The notes under the pieces: generated by a model
What the model saw: the letters and a program-made list of their open reading frames with translations, nothing else
Database searches by the model: none
What the model was told of the DNA's origin: nothing
Program-made: the position numbers and the translations under genes
Shown here: one piece after another, positions 60,195 through 64,000 of the stretch
How the letters are laid out: the number at the start of each line of letters is the position of its first letter
Position numbering within the stretch: position 1 is the stretch's first letter
From: Bradymonadia bacterium
Lineage (GTDB): Bacteria > Myxococcota_A > Bradymonadia > UBA7976 > UBA1532
Assembly (NCBI GenBank): GCA_046290225.1
Contig: JBKAGE010000001.1
Coordinates: 1-64,000, forward strand
Direction: 5' to 3'
DNA length: 64,000 nucleotides

Positions 60195-61167
60195 GATACT
60201 GCGCCACACGCTCGATGGATTCGGGGCGCTCGCCGAACATACGGGTGCCGTGGGCCCCAGGATCGAACTCCTCAAAATTCCAGATCTGCGGGGCGCCCTC
60301 TTGGAAGCCCGCACTCCATGCCCGCTCCGCTGTGGAGAAGACGAACTGCATGTGCTGTTGATCGAGGGTGGCTCGGTGATCAGCGATGTTGTTCTGGTTC
60401 TCGGTGTACCCGCCCCCAGTGAGCAGTACGAGGGCCCGAAGGGGCAGCGCCCCCTCGCCGAGGGTGTAGTCGAGGATGGAGGTGGTGCCGTTCGATGCGC
60501 CCACCAGGGCCAGACGGCTGCCATCGATGGCACATGGTGCCTCGTCGTTGAGCCAGCGCAAGGCCGCGACGACATCGAGACGCCCCTTGGGGCCTTCATA
60601 GGCTTCTTGAGCCACGCCTTCGGAACCGCCAGCCCCCCGACGATCGACGTTGAGCACCGTGATGCCGGCGCTGGTCAGGGCGTCGATGAAGGCCCGGGGG
60701 TAGTTGCTGCGATCATTGCTCGGCGGGATCATGTGGAACAACGCCACGGCAGGAGCGCCGGTTTGAGCGGCGGGATACCAGTCTGCCTGGAGCGTGACAC
60801 CGTCTTCTGTGGTGAAGGAGACCGGCCCTGCAGGTTGATTGCACGCCACCGGGGCAGCAGCATCAGGAGCAGACGCAGCATCTGAGCCGCCCATGGCGCC
60901 GGCATCTGCTGGCCCGGGCTGTCCCGCTGCGCCGCCCTGGCCACCGGCATTCTGGCCACCAGCGTTTTGGCCACCAGCATTCTGACCGCCTGCGTTTTGA
61001 CCCCCAGTGTTTTGACCCCCAGTGTTCTGGCCACCGGTGTTCTGGCCACCAGAGGCGCCCTGACCTGCAGCTCCAGTCCCACCGGCAGCGCCGTCATCGT
61101 CATCGTCACAGCCAGGGGTCCACAGACACACCGCGCCGAGCGCCACCATCAACCAGAATTGCCGCAC
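60172..61167 (-). CDS. Alpha/beta-hydrolase lipoprotein with GGQN(T/A) repeat linker
   Basis: RBS aaagga + GTG 61167, lipobox TPGC, nucleophile elbow GASNG, AHGT. Confidence 0.85.
   Translation of the reverse strand: MRQFWLMVALGAVCLWTPGCDDDDDGAAGGTGAAGQGASGGQNTGGQNTGGQNTGGQNAGGQNAGGQNAGGQNAGGQGGAAGQPGPADAGAMGGSDAASAPDAAAPVACNQPAGPVSFTTEDGVTLQADWYPAAQTGAPAVALFHMIPPSNDRSNYPRAFIDALTSAGITVLNVDRRGAGGSEGVAQEAYEGPKGRLDVVAALRWLNDEAPCAIDGSRLALVGASNGTTSILDYTLGEGALPLRALVLLTGGGYTENQNNIADHRATLDQQHMQFVFSTAERAWSAGFQEGAPQIWNFEEFDPGAHGTRMFGERPESIERVAQYLSGRLAP
60946..61050 (-). repeat. Seven 15-bp coding tandem repeats (GGQNT x3, GGQNA x4)
   Basis: Direct reading; synonymous variation between units. Confidence 0.92.
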
Positions 61168-61300
61168 GGGATTCCTTTCTGAACGCGCCCGCTCACCGCC
61201 TGGTGGCTGAGCGCATGCTCGATTCTTGGGGCCGCTTGCCTTCGGTGTTGCCTTCACAGGCCCCATCGCCCATCGTTCGGCCCAGCAACGAGGGAGCCTG

Positions 61301-62161
61301 ATGTCGGACTTTCTGCCCACGTATACTCTGCTGCCCCCCGGGGATGTTACACCGAGCCACACCGCCGTGGTGCTCCACGGCATCTGGGGCTCGCGCCGGA
61401 ACTGGCAATCGTACATGCGCCGCATGTGCGAGCGACACCCCGACTGGCGATTCGTGCTCGTCGATCTGCGCAACCACGGTGACGCGCCGCCGGCACCTGC
61501 GCCTCATACCCTCTCCGCCTGCGCCGACGACATCGCCCGGTTGATGGATCACCTCGAGATGCGCCCTGACGTCATCATGGGCCACTCCTTCGGGGGCAAG
61601 GTGGCCATGGCCTTCGGTGATCAATATCCCGATGGTACCGACGCCATCTGGGTGCTCGACGCCTTGCCCGGTGCCCGAGTGGGTGTCGAAGCCGCAGACC
61701 AGGGTGAGGCGGTCCGGCTCATCGAGAACCTCCGCGCTGTTCCGCTCCCACTGGAGAGCCGAGAGGCCCTCGTCGAGGCCTTGAGCGCTCGCGGGTTCAG
61801 CCAGATGATCGCCCAGTGGATGACCACTAACCTGGTCCGCGGCCAGCATGACGGCGCTCAGGGCTTCGTGTGGCGCTTCAACATCGACGGCATCGAGGCC
61901 ATGCTCGCCGACTACTTCCAGCACGACTACTGGCCTTTCCTCGAAGCGAGAGCTGCGGGGTTCCCAGGGCCTGAGATCAAGCTGCTTCGGGCGGCGCGGA
62001 GCGATCGCTGGACCCCGGAGATCATCGCCCGGTTCGAAGAGATAGCCTCCGAGCACGTGAGCGTGCATCTGCTCCCCGACGCCGGTCATTGGGTGCACGT
62101 CGACAACCCCGAAGGCCTCGCCATCCTGCTCACCGAATGGTTCGACGCCGTCGGCCACTGA
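61301..62161 (+). CDS. Alpha/beta-hydrolase (YbfF/ABHD11-like esterase)
   Basis: LHGIWGS, DLRNHG, GHSFGGKVA, AGHWVHVDNP. Confidence 0.9.
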   Translation: MSDFLPTYTLLPPGDVTPSHTAVVLHGIWGSRRNWQSYMRRMCERHPDWRFVLVDLRNHGDAPPAPAPHTLSACADDIARLMDHLEMRPDVIMGHSFGGKVAMAFGDQYPDGTDAIWVLDALPGARVGVEAADQGEAVRLIENLRAVPLPLESREALVEALSARGFSQMIAQWMTTNLVRGQHDGAQGFVWRFNIDGIEAMLADYFQHDYWPFLEARAAGFPGPEIKLLRAARSDRWTPEIIARFEEIASEHVSVHLLPDAGHWVHVDNPEGLAILLTEWFDAVGH

Positions 62162-62194
62162 CGACACCGCCAGAGACGCCCAACGAGATCGATC

Positions 62195-63367
62195 ATGCCC
62201 AGATTCCCAGCGCTTTCCCCCACGATCACCGCCATGAGCGGCTCCCGCTTCTCCGAGGTGGTGCAGCGCGCCCGCCAGAGTGGGCAGCCCATCTGCCCGC
62301 TGCACATCGGTGACACCTGGATGCCGCCTGCCCAGGGCTGTCGGATGGAGGACTTCACCGCCGCCGAGCACCCCGGACTCAACCGCTATGCTCCGGTACA
62401 GGGCGTGCCCGCGCTCCTCGCAGCCATCACGGCTCAGTGCACCGAGCGCATGCAGGTCCCCACGGCCTCTGATCAGATCCTGGTGACCGCTGGCGCCACC
62501 GGGGGTCTGGGCGCCGCCCTGGGCGCCATGCTCGACCCTGGCGACGAGGTCATCATCCCCACCCCATACTGGCCCCTCATCGCCGGCATCGTGCGCACGT
62601 TCCGGGGCAAGGCGGTGGAGGCCCCCTTCTTCGGTGAGGCACAAACCGCCGAGCAGGCAGTGGCGCTGCTCGAAGCCGGGCGCACCGACCGCACGGTGGC
62701 TGTCTACATCAACTCCCCGAACAACCCCACAGGGCGCCTGATCCCCCGCAGCTGGATGCAGGCCATTGTTCAGTGGGCCACAGATCACGATCTGTGGCTC
62801 ATCGCCGACGAGGTGTACGAGCACTGTGTCTTCGCCGAGGGTCACGTCTATGTGCGATCGCTGGCACCCGATCGCACATTCTCGGTGCACTCATTCTCCA
62901 AGGCCTTCGGCATGGCGGGGAACCGTTGTGGTTACGTCGTCTGTCCACCTGCAGCCATGGTGGATGTGCGCAAGGTGAGCACGCACACCTTCTATTCGGC
63001 GCCCACGGCCTCTCAGCTCGCCGCAGCGCGCGTACTCGAAGGCCCCGGGCTCGCCTGGGCCGCCGAGGCCCGTGAGAAGTACCGCGCCCTCGGCGAGATG
63101 GCTGCCGAGCGCCTCGGGCTCCCAGCGCCCGAGGGCAGCACCTTCCTGTTCGTCGACGTCTCCAGCCAGCTCAGCGATCAGCTGCCCGAAGGCGAGTCCG
63201 GAGCCCTCGGCGCCTTCATGAATCAGCTTGCTGACCAGGGGCTGCTGCTGGCCCCCGGGCCCCGGTTCGGGCCCTACCCCAACCATGTCCGGGTGTGCTT
63301 CACCTCTGCCGCCCCGGAGATCATCACCCGCGGCATCGATATTTTGTGTCGCGCCCTCGACCGTTGA
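62195..63367 (+). CDS. PLP-dependent aminotransferase class I/II
   Basis: NSPNNPTG, ADEVY, SFSKAFGMAGNRCG. Confidence 0.92.
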   Translation: MPRFPALSPTITAMSGSRFSEVVQRARQSGQPICPLHIGDTWMPPAQGCRMEDFTAAEHPGLNRYAPVQGVPALLAAITAQCTERMQVPTASDQILVTAGATGGLGAALGAMLDPGDEVIIPTPYWPLIAGIVRTFRGKAVEAPFFGEAQTAEQAVALLEAGRTDRTVAVYINSPNNPTGRLIPRSWMQAIVQWATDHDLWLIADEVYEHCVFAEGHVYVRSLAPDRTFSVHSFSKAFGMAGNRCGYVVCPPAAMVDVRKVSTHTFYSAPTASQLAAARVLEGPGLAWAAEAREKYRALGEMAAERLGLPAPEGSTFLFVDVSSQLSDQLPEGESGALGAFMNQLADQGLLLAPGPRFGPYPNHVRVCFTSAAPEIITRGIDILCRALDR

Positions 63368-63529
63368 CACCCCGCCGCTGACGATCTGCCCGCCGCCTGC
63401 CCTTTTTTCTTTAGAGGGCTTGCCAGCTCACCGAATCAAGTAGACGCTTGGCACCCCAGGGTGCAGCTCAAGGGGGGCCGTCCATCCCTCCGAGACTGTA
63501 TTGGGCAGCCCTTGAGGGAGGGTCGGTAC

Positions 63530-64000
63530 ATGAGTCATGACGTCGAACCATTGTTGCTCATCGAGGATGATGAGCTTGATGCATTTGCCATCCAGAGGCG
63601 CCTCAAAAAAGAAGGCTGCCTGACACCTGTGCACCACCTCATGTCTCTCACCGAGGCAGAAGCCTGGCTCGAACACAACACCCCCTCCATCATTCTGAGC
63701 GATCTCAACCTCACTGACTCTCGCGGCATGGAGACGGTGAGGCGTATTCGTCAGGCAGCCCCTGATGTCGGGCTGGTGGTGCTCACGGGGCTCGCCGGCG
63801 ACGACATCGGTGTCGAGGCGGTGCGTCAGGGCGCCCAGGAGTACCTAGTCAAAGGGCAGCTTGAGAACCAGCTCAACCGCACCCTCCGGTACGCCACCGA
63901 GCGCGCCCGGGTGGAGCAAGCCCTCAAAGCCAGCCAGCAGGCCCTGCTGGAAGCCCACAAACAAGAGGCCATCGGGCGCCTCGCCGCTAAGGTGGCCCAC
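63530..64000 (+). CDS. REC-HisKA sensor kinase, truncated by window end (absent from the ORF track)
   Basis: Open from ATG 63530: MSHDVEPLLLIEDD...ILSDLNLTDSRG...GAQEYLVKG...EAIGRLAAKVAH; RBS ggagg. Confidence 0.88.
   Translation, partial: MSHDVEPLLLIEDDELDAFAIQRRLKKEGCLTPVHHLMSLTEAEAWLEHNTPSIILSDLNLTDSRGMETVRRIRQAAPDVGLVVLTGLAGDDIGVEAVRQGAQEYLVKGQLENQLNRTLRYATERARVEQALKASQQALLEAHKQEAIGRLAAKVAH

Noticed and set aside
61193..62890. 565-aa minus-strand ORF
   Set aside because: Antisense to two motif-supported plus-strand genes (esterase and aminotransferase).

Overview
High-GC bacterial chromosomal window. Gene content (many Cys-rich lipoproteins, EGF repeats, FGE-sulfatase and DUF4132 proteins, a giant TPR protein, hybrid kinases) suggests a Myxococcota/Bradymonadia-like deltaproteobacterium; this is an inference. 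It holds about 40 real CDSs; most other ORF-track entries are antisense or shifted-frame shadows. Housekeeping-type genes include recD2, pyrD, an RlmI-like methyltransferase, two PLP aminotransferases, a glutathione peroxidase, YggT, a Nudix/NrtR protein and a COG0523 GTPase. No rRNA, tRNA, CRISPR array, integrase or transposase was recognised. The most unusual signals are: (1) a 548-bp non-coding element at 38643-39190 with perfect 66-bp terminal inverted repeats, two 102-bp palindromic tandem units and a nested ~190-nt multi-stem cassette; (2) a secreted subtilase whose C-terminal tail has three identical GNGLGSSS motifs, encoded by different codons, separating variable Ser/Thr/Tyr-rich segments, like a RiPP precursor fused to its protease; (3) a translationally coupled pair of eukaryote-like disulfide-rich surface lipoproteins (14 DCGG repeats plus an FG-rich tract; 9 EGF repeats); (4) a collagen/coiled-coil/SnoaL lipoprotein; (5) several apparent pseudo-enzymes; (6) a TetR operator pair readable directly from the sequence. 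Family names come from motif recognition by eye, not database searches.
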